IMG/VR virus record: IMGVR_UViG_3300029905_000012
Length of the DNA: 46,191 bases
Strand: one strand, 5' to 3'
Source of the DNA: a virus
The translations under genes and the position numbers were made by a program. The notes under the pieces are model-generated. The model did not search any database. It saw only the letters and a list, made by a program, of their open reading frames with translations, and had not been told where the DNA came from. Positions 1-7,215 of the stretch are shown here, one piece after another; position 1 is the first letter of the stretch, and each line of letters starts with the position of its first letter.

Positions 1-99
1 AATGCAAAATTTACTGTTGGTGCTGATAAACAGTTTTGGAATCTACCAAATAATTCCGCGCTGAATGTTATGGAATTATATGGGATGCAATATGTTTAT
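1..99. repeat. Terminal direct repeat, copy 1 of 2 (identical to 46093..46191)
   Basis: Bases 1-99 (aatgcaaaatttactgttgg...gcaatatgtttat) recur exactly as the last 99 bases. The contig therefore closes on itself, with a unique length of about 46,092 bp. Confidence 0.95.
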
Positions 100-492
100 T
101 TAAGTAATTATTTTCCGGCCAGTGTATTTAATAGTAATGCAGACCTTGATTTTATATGGACTACCCCAAAAAGTATGGCCCCATACTTTGAAACTATCGA
201 GGAATTAAATACTTTTTGCGTTCAAAAAAACACAGAGGGAAATCCTTTAACTATTATGTATGTAATGGATACCCCCATCGAAACCCCCATCCCACCCGAA
301 GAACTCGCCGCATACCGTGCCCTCCACACCTACGACGTCGCCACCGTGGTGAGCACCGTCGAGGACGTAGCGGGGCTGGAGGTTAGGTACGTAGCAGACG
401 CACAGAAGTACATCGACAACCGGCTGACCGCGGCGGAATCGCATATCCAGGAAATCGCAGCCGCACAACTCAATGCCCAGACAGGAGGTTGA
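1..492 (+). CDS. Tail fibre, distal/C-terminal part (5'-partial in window; continues from 45700..46191 across the junction)
   Basis: Frame 1 is open from base 1 (NAKFTVGADKQFWNLP...) to TGA 490-492. The same frame is open at the window end back to 45700. Track ORF 70..492 is only the internal-Met version. Confidence 0.7.
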   Translation, partial: NAKFTVGADKQFWNLPNNSALNVMELYGMQYVYLSNYFPASVFNSNADLDFIWTTPKSMAPYFETIEELNTFCVQKNTEGNPLTIMYVMDTPIETPIPPEELAAYRALHTYDVATVVSTVEDVAGLEVRYVADAQKYIDNRLTAAESHIQEIAAAQLNAQTGG

Positions 493-496
493 TACC

Positions 497-976
497 ATGA
501 CCCTGAGTTATCGGACCATCAAAGAAGAAATCGAAGCCGGGCGCTATACGGTCAAGCGCGCGCTGGAGATCATCGGCGTGCAGCACGCCCGCCAGCAGAT
601 CACCGACGACGAATACAATGAGCTGTACAGCATGGTCACAAACCTCGACGCCAACAACTCCGATGACGAGGCCGCCATCTGGCGCACCCAGGTGGAGCGC
701 CGGCTGAAGGAATTGGAGGAAACAGTGGGGCAGCTGCTTGAGGACAGCGACGAGACTGACCCTGACCCTGACACCCCCGACGGCAGCGCGGACAAGCCCA
801 TCGAGGCATACCGCGGTATGACCTACTACAAAGACAAGTACTACCTCGACCCCGAGGACAGCAATACTTACATCTGCACACGCGATCGGGACGACGCCCC
901 AGGCACCGGCCTTGCGTTGTACTACCTGCCGCATGAGTTGGCGGGCATATACTTCCAGACCGTCGAAACCGAGTAA
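497..976 (+). CDS. Hypothetical tail-fibre-associated protein (XkdX-like N-terminus)
   Basis: ATG 497 follows AGGAGG (483-488). The N-terminus (...RALEIIGVQHARQQITDDEYNELY) resembles small XkdX-type proteins that follow fibre genes in Firmicutes phages. Function is not established. Confidence 0.55.
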   Translation: MTLSYRTIKEEIEAGRYTVKRALEIIGVQHARQQITDDEYNELYSMVTNLDANNSDDEAAIWRTQVERRLKELEETVGQLLEDSDETDPDPDTPDGSADKPIEAYRGMTYYKDKYYLDPEDSNTYICTRDRDDAPGTGLALYYLPHELAGIYFQTVETE

Positions 977-1130
977 CAGCAGCTTTTGTACCGGTTTTTT
1001 AGCTGGTATTGCATCTCTTTTAGCATCTTCATTCACTTTTTGAGGTCGATTTAGCAACTGTTATATCTCTAGTTGATCTTTTGTTTGATCTATTGGATTT
1101 TCAGTTGAACTATCTGGAAAGGAGAACCAC

Positions 1131-1373
1131 ATGAACACCAACATCACCGCCGGCACCATTGCCCGCACCGCCTGCCTGGCCCTGGCACTGACCAATCAGA
1201 TCCTCACCTGCTTCGGGGTGCAGGTGCTGCCCATCACCGACGACCAGCTGAACACTCTCATCACCACCGGCCTGACCGTCGGCACCTCCGTCGTGAACTG
1301 GTGGTACAACAACAGTTTCACCACCGCGGCCCGCATCGGCGACCAGCATATGGCCGCCGCCCGCAAGAAGTAA
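1131..1373 (+). CDS. Holin, SPP1-type family
   Basis: 80 aa with two hydrophobic segments. The motif VNWWYNNSFTTAA matches the WW(K/Y)NNSFT signature of SPP1-family holins. RBS is GGAAAGGAG. Confidence 0.85.
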   Translation: MNTNITAGTIARTACLALALTNQILTCFGVQVLPITDDQLNTLITTGLTVGTSVVNWWYNNSFTTAARIGDQHMAAARKK

Positions 1374-1380
1374 ACCACCG

Positions 1381-1418
1381 GCAGCCCCCGCACCTGGGGG
1401 CTGCCCCTTTTTGTTTTC
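1381..1418 (+). terminator. Rho-independent terminator after holin
   Basis: Stem gcagccccc / gggggctgc with a 6-nt loop, followed by cccttttttgtttt. Confidence 0.75.
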
Positions 1419-1432
1419 AGGAGGTACACAGC

Positions 1433-2064
1433 ATGACCCGAGAAGAAAAACGCAACGATTACGAGGGCTTTGTGGAAAAGTTCAAGCCCAAAAAGACCAC
1501 CGACGACTGTTACACCCCGCCCGCCGTTTATGAGGCGGTCAAGGCTTGGGCCTGCCGGCGGTACGGCATCGACCCGGCCTGCACGGTGCGGGCGTGGTCT
1601 ACGCCGACAGCCGCATCACCTACCACAACGGCGCCCAGGTCAACACCGCTTTTGTGACCTCCTACGGGGACAACGCAGTGGAGATCACCCCCGATCTCGG
1701 CGAGGCCATCAAGGTCGCCCAGCAAAAGGGCCGCACCATCAAGCGGACGGTCTACCAGTACCCGCCCAACCTGCTCACCACCCAGGGGGTGCTTGCCCTG
1801 GCCCGCAACGGCGTGCGCTACGCGCTGCCCCGCCGGGAGGCGGTATTCATCCGCGCCCTGGACGCCATGCGGGCCGAGAAGAAGGAAGCCTTCGGCGGCG
1901 CGCTGCTGATCTCTGACGCAGCCGCTGCCCGCAAGGCGGCCGCCGAGCAGGCCTTTGCCCGCGATGAGCTGCCCACCAAAGTCTGGCACCTGTCCGAGCG
2001 GGAACAGGCCATCATCCAAGAGCTGAACAAAAGAGACGACCAAAGCCCCTGTGCTGCACCTTGA
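1433..2064 (+). pseudogene. Adenine DNA methyltransferase remnant (internal deletion plus frame change; catalytic region missing)
   Basis: The N-terminal ~48 codons (ATG 1433, AGGAGG RBS; MTREEKRNDYEGFVEKFKPKKTTDDCYTPPAVYEAVKAW..YGIDPA) are in frame 2. The C-terminal ~155 codons (..RITYHNGAQVNTAFVTSY..WHLSEREQAIIQELN, stop 2062-2064) are in frame 1. Both ends resemble one phage/ICE methyltransferase family. The middle, with the expected DNPPF motif, is absent. The junction is near 1585-1600. Confidence 0.6.
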
Positions 2065-2091
2065 CGGTGTGACACAGGGGCTTTTCGCTTT
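2046..2091 (+). terminator. Hairpin plus T-run at end of methyltransferase remnant
   Basis: cccctgtg...cacagggg, with an inner cacc/ggtg pairing, followed by cttttcgcttt. Confidence 0.45.
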
Positions 2092-2117
2092 GTCCGGTGG
2101 GGTGAATTTGGGGTGAA
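2089..2117. repeat. Direct repeat DR-1 (tttgtccggtggggtgaatttggggtgaa)
   Basis: 28/29 identical to 2347..2375. Each copy contains ggggtgaa twice. Weaker similarity continues about 20 nt downstream. Confidence 0.85.
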
Positions 2118-2232
2118 AGAATGCGAAAACCCGCTTCATAGCACAAACGGAGACAAATTCTGTGAAGCAAAAATCTAGTATGTACGCGGGTTTTCGCAAA
2201 TGGCAAAACCCTGCAAAAGGCAAGGCCCTTTA

Positions 2233-2277
2233 TTGGTAAGGATGAGGTCTCCAGTTCAAATCTGGATAGCAGCTCCA
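2233..2277 (+). other. tRNA 3'-half (anticodon loop to CCA), attP-like core; reads as tRNA-Thr(GGU)
   Basis: Reading 5' to 3': anticodon loop ttGGTaa, stem strand ggatg, variable loop aggtc, T-arm tccag-ttcaaat-ctgga, acceptor strand tagcagc, discriminator t, then CCA. No matching 5' acceptor strand (gctgcta) or 5' anticodon-stem strand lies upstream, so this is only half a tRNA. Confidence 0.6.
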
Positions 2278-2292
2278 CAGATATAGGAAAAT

Positions 2293-2330
2293 CCCTCGAA
2301 GGTATGAGCCTTCGAGGGGTTTTTCTGTTT
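2293..2330 (+). terminator. Rho-independent terminator immediately after the tRNA half
   Basis: Perfect 10-bp stem ccctcgaagg / ccttcgaggg with loop tatgag, followed by gtttttctgttt. Confidence 0.8.
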
Positions 2331-2346
2331 ATGTAATTTCGTAGGT

Positions 2347-2375
2347 TTTGTCTGGTGGGGTGAATTTGGGGTGAA
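2347..2375. repeat. Direct repeat DR-2 (tttgtctggtggggtgaatttggggtgaa)
   Basis: Second copy of DR-1, 258 bp downstream. Together the two copies bracket the tRNA half and its terminator. Confidence 0.85.
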
Positions 2376-2512
2376 TGTCAAAACTTGCTTTCATTGTTAT
2401 GAAACGCGCGGGAATAGTAACACGTAATCCGCAATTCCGCAAGTGAATCATTCGCAAATACACGCGATACAGCAATCATTTTATTGACTGCGGCAAATTG
2501 CCGGCAAGTTGA

Positions 2513-2547
2513 TTCAGCGTATTTTCAGCGTATTTTCAGCGTGTATT
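2513..2547. repeat. Tandem 11-nt repeat ttcagcgtatt (about 3 copies)
   Basis: ttcagcgtatt ttcagcgtatt ttcagcgtgtatt. The last unit is also the right arm of an inverted repeat with cgcaaatacacgc at 2453-2465. Confidence 0.8.
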
Positions 2548-2564
2548 TGCGGATTTACGCATGA

Positions 2565-2607
2565 GCCCCTATAGACAACGGCAATTGTCTGAGGGGCTTT
2601 TTCTTTT
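2565..2607 (+). terminator. Rho-independent terminator in the gene-free region
   Basis: gcccct..agacaa / ttgtct..aggggc hairpin followed by tttttcttttg. Confidence 0.7.
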
Positions 2608-2617
2608 GTTCTAAATG

Positions 2618-2626
2618 TGGTATAAT
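2618..2626 (+). promoter_or_regulatory. Extended -10 promoter element (TGgTATAAT)
   Basis: tg-g-tataat at 2618-2626. There is no good -35, which an extended -10 element tolerates. Confidence 0.45.
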
Positions 2627-2632
2627 GCCTTC

Positions 2633-2731
2633 AAAGCCCTGTGCCCCTGGCGGATGCTTTGGGGGCAGGCAGAGGTCCCCCTTTTTGCATACCCCCAGCG
2701 CGGTTCAACGCGCCGGGGGCTTTCTTTTTTT
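2633..2731 (+). ncRNA. Candidate short non-coding transcript (promoter to double terminator)
   Basis: The segment between the extended -10 and the strong terminator at 2692-2731 has no credible ORF. It contains two hairpins (2661-2686 and 2692-2719). This is purely structural inference. Confidence 0.25.
2692..2731 (+). terminator. Rho-independent terminator
   Basis: cccccagcgcg / cgcgccggggg stem (one mismatch) with loop gttcaa, followed by ctttcttttttt. Confidence 0.75.
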
Positions 2732-2928
2732 GGCGCTTCTGATTCGGAACCATTCTGTTGACGTCAACAAAATGGCCTTTCCGTCTACACATCCCTGCAA
2801 AGGCCAACGGCCTTGCCTTCAATGGCAGCTTCTGCCATCTTTTCCCCTATCAAGATGATGGATTCATATAATATTGCAAAGCCGCAATGTGGAAACGCAA
2901 ATTTTTCAAAAAATCTTGCAAAAACGTA

Positions 2929-2957
2929 TTGACTTACGGAAATGCGAGGTGTATAAT
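2929..2957 (+). promoter_or_regulatory. Sigma-A-type early promoter (TTGACT-17 nt-TATAAT)
   Basis: ttgact at 2929-2934, a 17-nt spacer, then tataat at 2952-2957. It lies 27 nt upstream of the Cro-like gene, whose RBS is AAAGGAGG. Confidence 0.6.
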
Positions 2958-2983
2958 AGCGTCAGAAAGGAGGCAACGATCGG

Positions 2984-3187
2984 ATGTTCAACAAAGACCA
3001 CTTCCAAGCGAAATACATTGAACATGGGCTGAACGCAGCAGACGTAGCCAAAATAATGGGCATCAATCCTGCGACTTTATCCCGCAAGATGAACGGCGAA
3101 TCCGATTTCACTCGCAGTGAAATTCAACTTTTCCGCTCTAAATTGGGACTGTCCGCAAGAGAGATCGACTATATTTTTTTCTGCTAA
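2984..3187 (+). CDS. XRE/Cro-like helix-turn-helix transcriptional regulator
   Basis: 67 aa. The HTH signature is LNAADVAKIMGINPATLSRKMNG. It has a strong RBS and promoter. Confidence 0.8.
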   Translation: MFNKDHFQAKYIEHGLNAADVAKIMGINPATLSRKMNGESDFTRSEIQLFRSKLGLSAREIDYIFFC

Positions 3188-3207
3188 ATGAAGGAGGACA
3201 CCACCAA

Positions 3208-3957
3208 ATGAACGACATGACCGTATTTGAGAACCCCGAGTTTGGCTCCATCCGCACCGTCGAGCTGGACGGCGAGCCCTGGCTGGTGGGCAAGGACGTG
3301 GCCGAGGCTCTCGGCTACACCAACCCCCGCAAAGCACTTGCCGACCACGTGGATGATGAGGACAAGGGGGTAACGAAATGTTACACCCCTGGTGGCGACC
3401 AGGACATGACCATCATCAACGAATCCGGGCTGTACAGCCTGGTGCTGTCGAGCAAGCTGCCGACGGCCCGCAAGTTCCGCCGGTGGGTGACCAGCGAGGT
3501 GATCCCCTCCATCCGCTGCAGCGGCGGGTACATCGCCGGACAGAAGGAGCTTAGCCCGGAGGAGCTGATGGCCCGGGCGCTCAAGGTAGCAAACGATGTG
3601 CTGGCCGCCCGGGAGGCCCGCATTTCGGAGCTGACGGTGCAGAACGCCATCATGGCGCCCAAGGCGGACTACTTCGACGAGCTGGTGGACCGCAACCTGC
3701 TGACCAGCTTCCGGGACACCGCCAAGCAGTTGGGGGTAAGTCAGAACGCCTTCATCTGCTTTCTCAAGGAGCGCAAGTACATCTACCGCGACCAGAAAGG
3801 CAAGCTGATGCCCTACGCCGACAAGAACAACGGCCTGTTTGAGGTAAAGGAGTGTTTCAACAACAAGACCGAGTGGAGCGGCGTTCAGACCATGGTGACG
3901 CCCAAAGGCCGCGAGACCTTCCGGCTGCTGCTGGAAGGATGCAAGAAGGAGGCTTGA
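3208..3957 (+). CDS. Phage antirepressor (Bro-N plus KilAC/ANT domains)
   Basis: The N-terminus FENPEFGSIRTVELDGEPWLVGKDVAEALGY..RKFRRWVTSEVIPSIR is typical Bro-N. The C-terminus DYFDELV..TSFRDTAKQLGVSQNAFICFLKE is KilAC-like. Confidence 0.85.
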   Translation: MNDMTVFENPEFGSIRTVELDGEPWLVGKDVAEALGYTNPRKALADHVDDEDKGVTKCYTPGGDQDMTIINESGLYSLVLSSKLPTARKFRRWVTSEVIPSIRCSGGYIAGQKELSPEELMARALKVANDVLAAREARISELTVQNAIMAPKADYFDELVDRNLLTSFRDTAKQLGVSQNAFICFLKERKYIYRDQKGKLMPYADKNNGLFEVKECFNNKTEWSGVQTMVTPKGRETFRLLLEGCKKEA

Positions 3958-3959
3958 CC

Positions 3960-4220
3960 ATGCTTGAAACCATTCCCCGGATGCGCACGGCGGCCGGGAT
4001 CGTGGCCGAACTCAAGGCTATAGACCCTGACACCGGCGTCACCGAGTATTTCGTCCGGCGGATGATGCGGGAGGGCGTCCTGCCGGTCGTCCGTGCGGGC
4101 AGCAAGACCCTGGTCAATCTGGACGATGTACTGGCGCTGCTGCACAGCGGCACCGCCCAGCCGGACCCCATCCCTACAGCGCCCGGCGGCATTCGCCGGC
4201 TGGACGTAAAGCTCAAGTAA
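3960..4220 (+). CDS. Excisionase-family (MerR-like) HTH DNA-binding protein
   Basis: 86 aa. VTEYFVRRMMREGVLPVVRAGSKTLVNLDDVLALL fits the excisionase-type HTH pattern. Confidence 0.6.
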   Translation: MLETIPRMRTAAGIVAELKAIDPDTGVTEYFVRRMMREGVLPVVRAGSKTLVNLDDVLALLHSGTAQPDPIPTAPGGIRRLDVKLK

Positions 4221-4232
4221 AGGAGATACACC

Positions 4233-4502
4233 ATGAGACACTTTTACATCCGCAAGGCGGTCATCCTGGCCGTCAGGACGGCGGGCCTCGGTATGCTGGT
4301 CCCCGCGCTGCTGACGCTGGGCGGCATCATTGAGGGACCGGTGGACCTGTGGTGGCTGTACGCCCTGGCCTGTCTCGGCTTTGTCTGCGCCAGCTGTCTG
4401 CTGATCGGGCTGGGCGAGGCGCTGGACAGAGAGCTGGCCGCCGACCTCAAGGACTGGCAGCAGGTGCCCGTCCGCAAGATCGACCGGAGGCACAGCGCAT
4501 GA
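4233..4502 (+). CDS. Small membrane protein (2 predicted TM segments)
   Basis: 89 aa with two hydrophobic stretches. RBS is AAGGAG. The stop overlaps the next start (ATGA). Confidence 0.6.
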   Translation: MRHFYIRKAVILAVRTAGLGMLVPALLTLGGIIEGPVDLWWLYALACLGFVCASCLLIGLGEALDRELAADLKDWQQVPVRKIDRRHSA

Positions 4503-5218
4503 GCGCGCCGGCCAAAGAGCCCCAGCCGCTGGGCAGCACCACCGGCAAACGAGAAGATGTCCGTATCTGCGTCCGCTGCGGCAAGGAGATACAGATGGTA
4601 GGGCGTAACGCAAAATATTGCCTGCTCTGCCGCGGGGAGGTATACCGCGAAAGAGCTCGCGCTTACCGAGCCAGCCATCACGCCTCGGCCAATACAGGGG
4701 CCAGTCCCAGTGCTCAGAAAATTCGTTTCTGTCAGCGTTGCGGCGTTGAAATTAAGGATGCACGACCGCAGCAGAAATGGTGCGCCGACTGTCATAAAGC
4801 GGTCAAGGCGCAGCAATCCAGGCAGTCTTACATACGCCGGCATGAGGCGGCCCCGGCCACAAAGCAGCTGATCTGTCAGCGCTGTGGGCAGTTTTTTGAC
4901 GTCTCATCTGCGGGCTATGCCAGAGCAAAGTATTGTCCGGCATGCCGGCCCGTCGTGGAATCAGAACAGCACGCAGCCGGCTATGAAAGAAAAAAGGCTG
5001 CTCGCAGCTTTGCCGGTCCCTACATGACCAACCCTCGCCCCGCAGACGTCGCCACACGTGCCGCAGCTAAAGCACAAGTTGGAGAGGACCGGTTGCGGCT
5101 GCTATCCAATGTGGCCGATTGGGCCGGCATCTCTTATGGAGCGCTGATAGCCAAAAACCCCGAGGCCCGGGCCGAGCTGATCCGGCAATATCAAGAGGAG
5201 AAAGGAGAGATTCCATGA
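4499..5218 (+). CDS. Protein with three zinc-ribbon repeats (CxxC...CxxC x3)
   Basis: ATG 4499 is coupled to the upstream stop. The three units are CVRCG..CLLCR, CQRCG..CADCH and CQRCG..CPACR. Confidence 0.65.
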   Translation: MSAPAKEPQPLGSTTGKREDVRICVRCGKEIQMVGRNAKYCLLCRGEVYRERARAYRASHHASANTGASPSAQKIRFCQRCGVEIKDARPQQKWCADCHKAVKAQQSRQSYIRRHEAAPATKQLICQRCGQFFDVSSAGYARAKYCPACRPVVESEQHAAGYERKKAARSFAGPYMTNPRPADVATRAAAKAQVGEDRLRLLSNVADWAGISYGALIAKNPEARAELIRQYQEEKGEIP

Positions 5219-5328
5219 AACGCCTGTACATCCCCGCCGTCCTGACCGCCGCGCTGCTGGCGCTGGCTGCCTGGCACATCCGGCAGATGCTGACCCTGGC
5301 CCGGGCCGTGGACAGCATCCATCCGTAA
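5215..5328 (+). CDS. Small hydrophobic protein (37 aa)
   Basis: ATGA overlap with the upstream stop. RBS is AAAGGAGAG. There is a single TM-like segment, PAVLTAALLALAAW. Confidence 0.4.
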   Translation: MKRLYIPAVLTAALLALAAWHIRQMLTLARAVDSIHP

Positions 5329-5350
5329 ACACAAGTTAGGAGCAAAGAAC

Positions 5351-6583
5351 ATGAAAACGGTATTTGACCAGATGCAAGAGATTGGCGCAGCGGCCAATAT
5401 CGAAAATTTCCGGGTCATGCAGGGCTGGAGCTACTTGCAGAAAGTCTCTCACACCGAGAAGGTAGCCCGTACCTTCTACGATCGGAACCGGGCGGAAGGA
5501 CGGAACGTCCATGTCTCTGTCGGCGGCCTCGATTCCATCACGCTGCATTACTTTTTGGAAGAGATCGGCGTTCATGTCCCCTGCATCAGCTGTTCCACCC
5601 TGGAAGGCAAAGGCGTCCAAATCGTACACCGCCAAATCCGGGACGAGATGGCGCGGGATTACGCCGACTGGGAAGCCTGCAACGGCGCGCTCCCCCAGGA
5701 CGAGATCGACGCCATCGAGGACCCCGCGCTGCGGGCTGACGAGCAGCGCCGCCTGGACAGCATCCCGCCCAGGCCCGAAATGTGTTTTTTGACCCCCATC
5801 AAGCCAAAAGTGCAGGTGATCCGGGAGTTTGGCTGGCCGGTGCTGTCCAAAGAGATTGCTGGCAAAATTGCCCTACTGCAGAACCCGAGCGACAAGAACC
5901 GCACCGTCCGCCATGCCATCATCACAGGCGAGACGGGGGAATACGGCGGCAACCAGAAGCACAGCCGGATGAAGATGAGCCAGAAGTGGCTGGAAAAATT
6001 CGGCGGGGCGGACGCCGAAGGAGCCGCCCTGGGGTACGCCGCAGCCCCCTTCAAGGTGAGCGACCGCTGCTGCTACTACCTCAAAGAAAAGCCCTGCAAC
6101 GATTGGGCCAAAGCGCACAACAGTGTGCCTTACCTCGGCCTCATGGCCAGCGAAGGAGGCCGCCGCCAAAAGGCCCTCATGATGCACGGCTGCAACTATT
6201 TCGGGGAATCTACCATCCGCAGCGCTCCATTCGCCATATTCGACCGGCAAGACCTGTTGCAGCTGGCCGTTGACCTGCACGTTCCTGTCCCCACAGAGTA
6301 TGGCGAGATCGTTCGGGGCAAAGACGGACTGTGGCGCACTACCATTGCACAGCGCACCGGCTGCACCATGTGCGGCTTCGGAATCCACCTCGAACAGCGG
6401 CCCCACCGCTTCGACCGGCTGCGGGACGCAAATCCCTCTGAATGGGAGTTCTGGATGCGCCACGTCTGTCAGGACGAAAACGGCGATTGGTACGGCTGGG
6501 GGCGAGTGCTGGATTACATCGGCGTAGAGTGGGAGAACAAACCAGGCCAGATCGCCGGTCAACTCTCTTTTGATGAGTTTTAA
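5351..6583 (+). CDS. PAPS-reductase-like (ATP pyrophosphatase fold, IbrA/DndC-like) protein
   Basis: 410 aa. The P-loop-like motif HVSVGGLDSITL matches the SGGKDS-type motif of the PAPS reductase superfamily. There is a C-terminal Cys cluster, TGCTMCGFG. Confidence 0.6.
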   Translation: MKTVFDQMQEIGAAANIENFRVMQGWSYLQKVSHTEKVARTFYDRNRAEGRNVHVSVGGLDSITLHYFLEEIGVHVPCISCSTLEGKGVQIVHRQIRDEMARDYADWEACNGALPQDEIDAIEDPALRADEQRRLDSIPPRPEMCFLTPIKPKVQVIREFGWPVLSKEIAGKIALLQNPSDKNRTVRHAIITGETGEYGGNQKHSRMKMSQKWLEKFGGADAEGAALGYAAAPFKVSDRCCYYLKEKPCNDWAKAHNSVPYLGLMASEGGRRQKALMMHGCNYFGESTIRSAPFAIFDRQDLLQLAVDLHVPVPTEYGEIVRGKDGLWRTTIAQRTGCTMCGFGIHLEQRPHRFDRLRDANPSEWEFWMRHVCQDENGDWYGWGRVLDYIGVEWENKPGQIAGQLSFDEF

Positions 6584-6676
6584 GCAAAAAGCCCCACCCG
6601 AAGAACCAGTTCGGGCAGGGCCAAAAGGTGAGCTATTGCAATCGCTCACCTCGATTATACATGGAGGTAAAACAAA

Positions 6677-7021
6677 ATGCAAGCCATTAAAATCGAACCC
6701 GGCTGCAAGCCGGAACTGACCGAGATGCCCAACACTTTGCGAGCGTTTCAGCAGGCGGTGGGCGGCCACATCGAGGCCCACACCATCACCCGTAGTGACC
6801 TGCCCGCGTTGGTCGTGATCCTCAACGAGGAGGGCCGCCTGCAGGGCCTGCCCGCCAACGGGCGGTTGTACATGGGGCAGCTGTACGGCCACACCCTGGT
6901 GGGCCCGGTGGTGATCGTCCGGGCCGACGAGAGCGGCGAGGAATTCGCCGGCGCGACGGACGGGGACCTGCAGCTCATTACAACCTTATGGACCCCTGTG
7001 AAAGGAGGTAAGTGCAGATGA
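6677..7021 (+). CDS. DUF3846-like protein
   Basis: 114 aa. The pattern ..L.AFQQAVGG.IE......D...VILNEEG.L.GLP.N matches the DUF3846 proteins common in phage/ICE early regions. Confidence 0.6.
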   Translation: MQAIKIEPGCKPELTEMPNTLRAFQQAVGGHIEAHTITRSDLPALVVILNEEGRLQGLPANGRLYMGQLYGHTLVGPVVIVRADESGEEFAGATDGDLQLITTLWTPVKGGKCR

Positions 7022-7215
7022 CTGAAAACGATCGCATGACCCACCAGCGGGCCAGTGGCATCAAGGACGGCTACTGGAGCCCCGCAACCAAAGCAGAACT
7101 TGTGGAGCGCCTGGCCGAATACGAGGACACCGGCCTGCAGCCGTGGGAGATCAAGCAGTTGCTGGACGAAGTGGCCAGGCTGATAAAGGAGGTAAGCGAC
7201 CATGACCAAGGTTGA
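7018..7215 (+). CDS. Hypothetical protein (65 aa)
   Basis: ATG 7018 follows AAAGGAGG. It is tightly packed with its neighbours. Confidence 0.55.
   Translation: MTENDRMTHQRASGIKDGYWSPATKAELVERLAEYEDTGLQPWEIKQLLDEVARLIKEVSDHDQG

Noticed and set aside
1-99. Biological direct terminal repeats (T7-like DTR) as the meaning of the identical ends.
   Set aside because: The repeat lies in the middle of a tail-fibre reading frame that is open across the junction, and the terminase is of the cos-type GpA family. An assembly overlap of a circular or concatemeric template is more likely. This cannot be fully excluded without read-start data.
2250-2280. Possible tmRNA (ssrA) 3' end, because ..cagctccac resembles the ..CAGCUCCACCA end of tmRNAs.
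   Set aside because: With cagctcc as the acceptor strand, the T-stem would not abut the acceptor stem (extra nucleotides) and the CCA would be incomplete. The tRNA reading gives perfect standard geometry (T-arm, 7-nt acceptor strand, discriminator, CCA) and a proper anticodon loop.
2513-2547. CRISPR-like array or mini-array.
   Set aside because: These are directly abutting 11-nt units without spacers. No repeat of CRISPR length occurs anywhere in the window.
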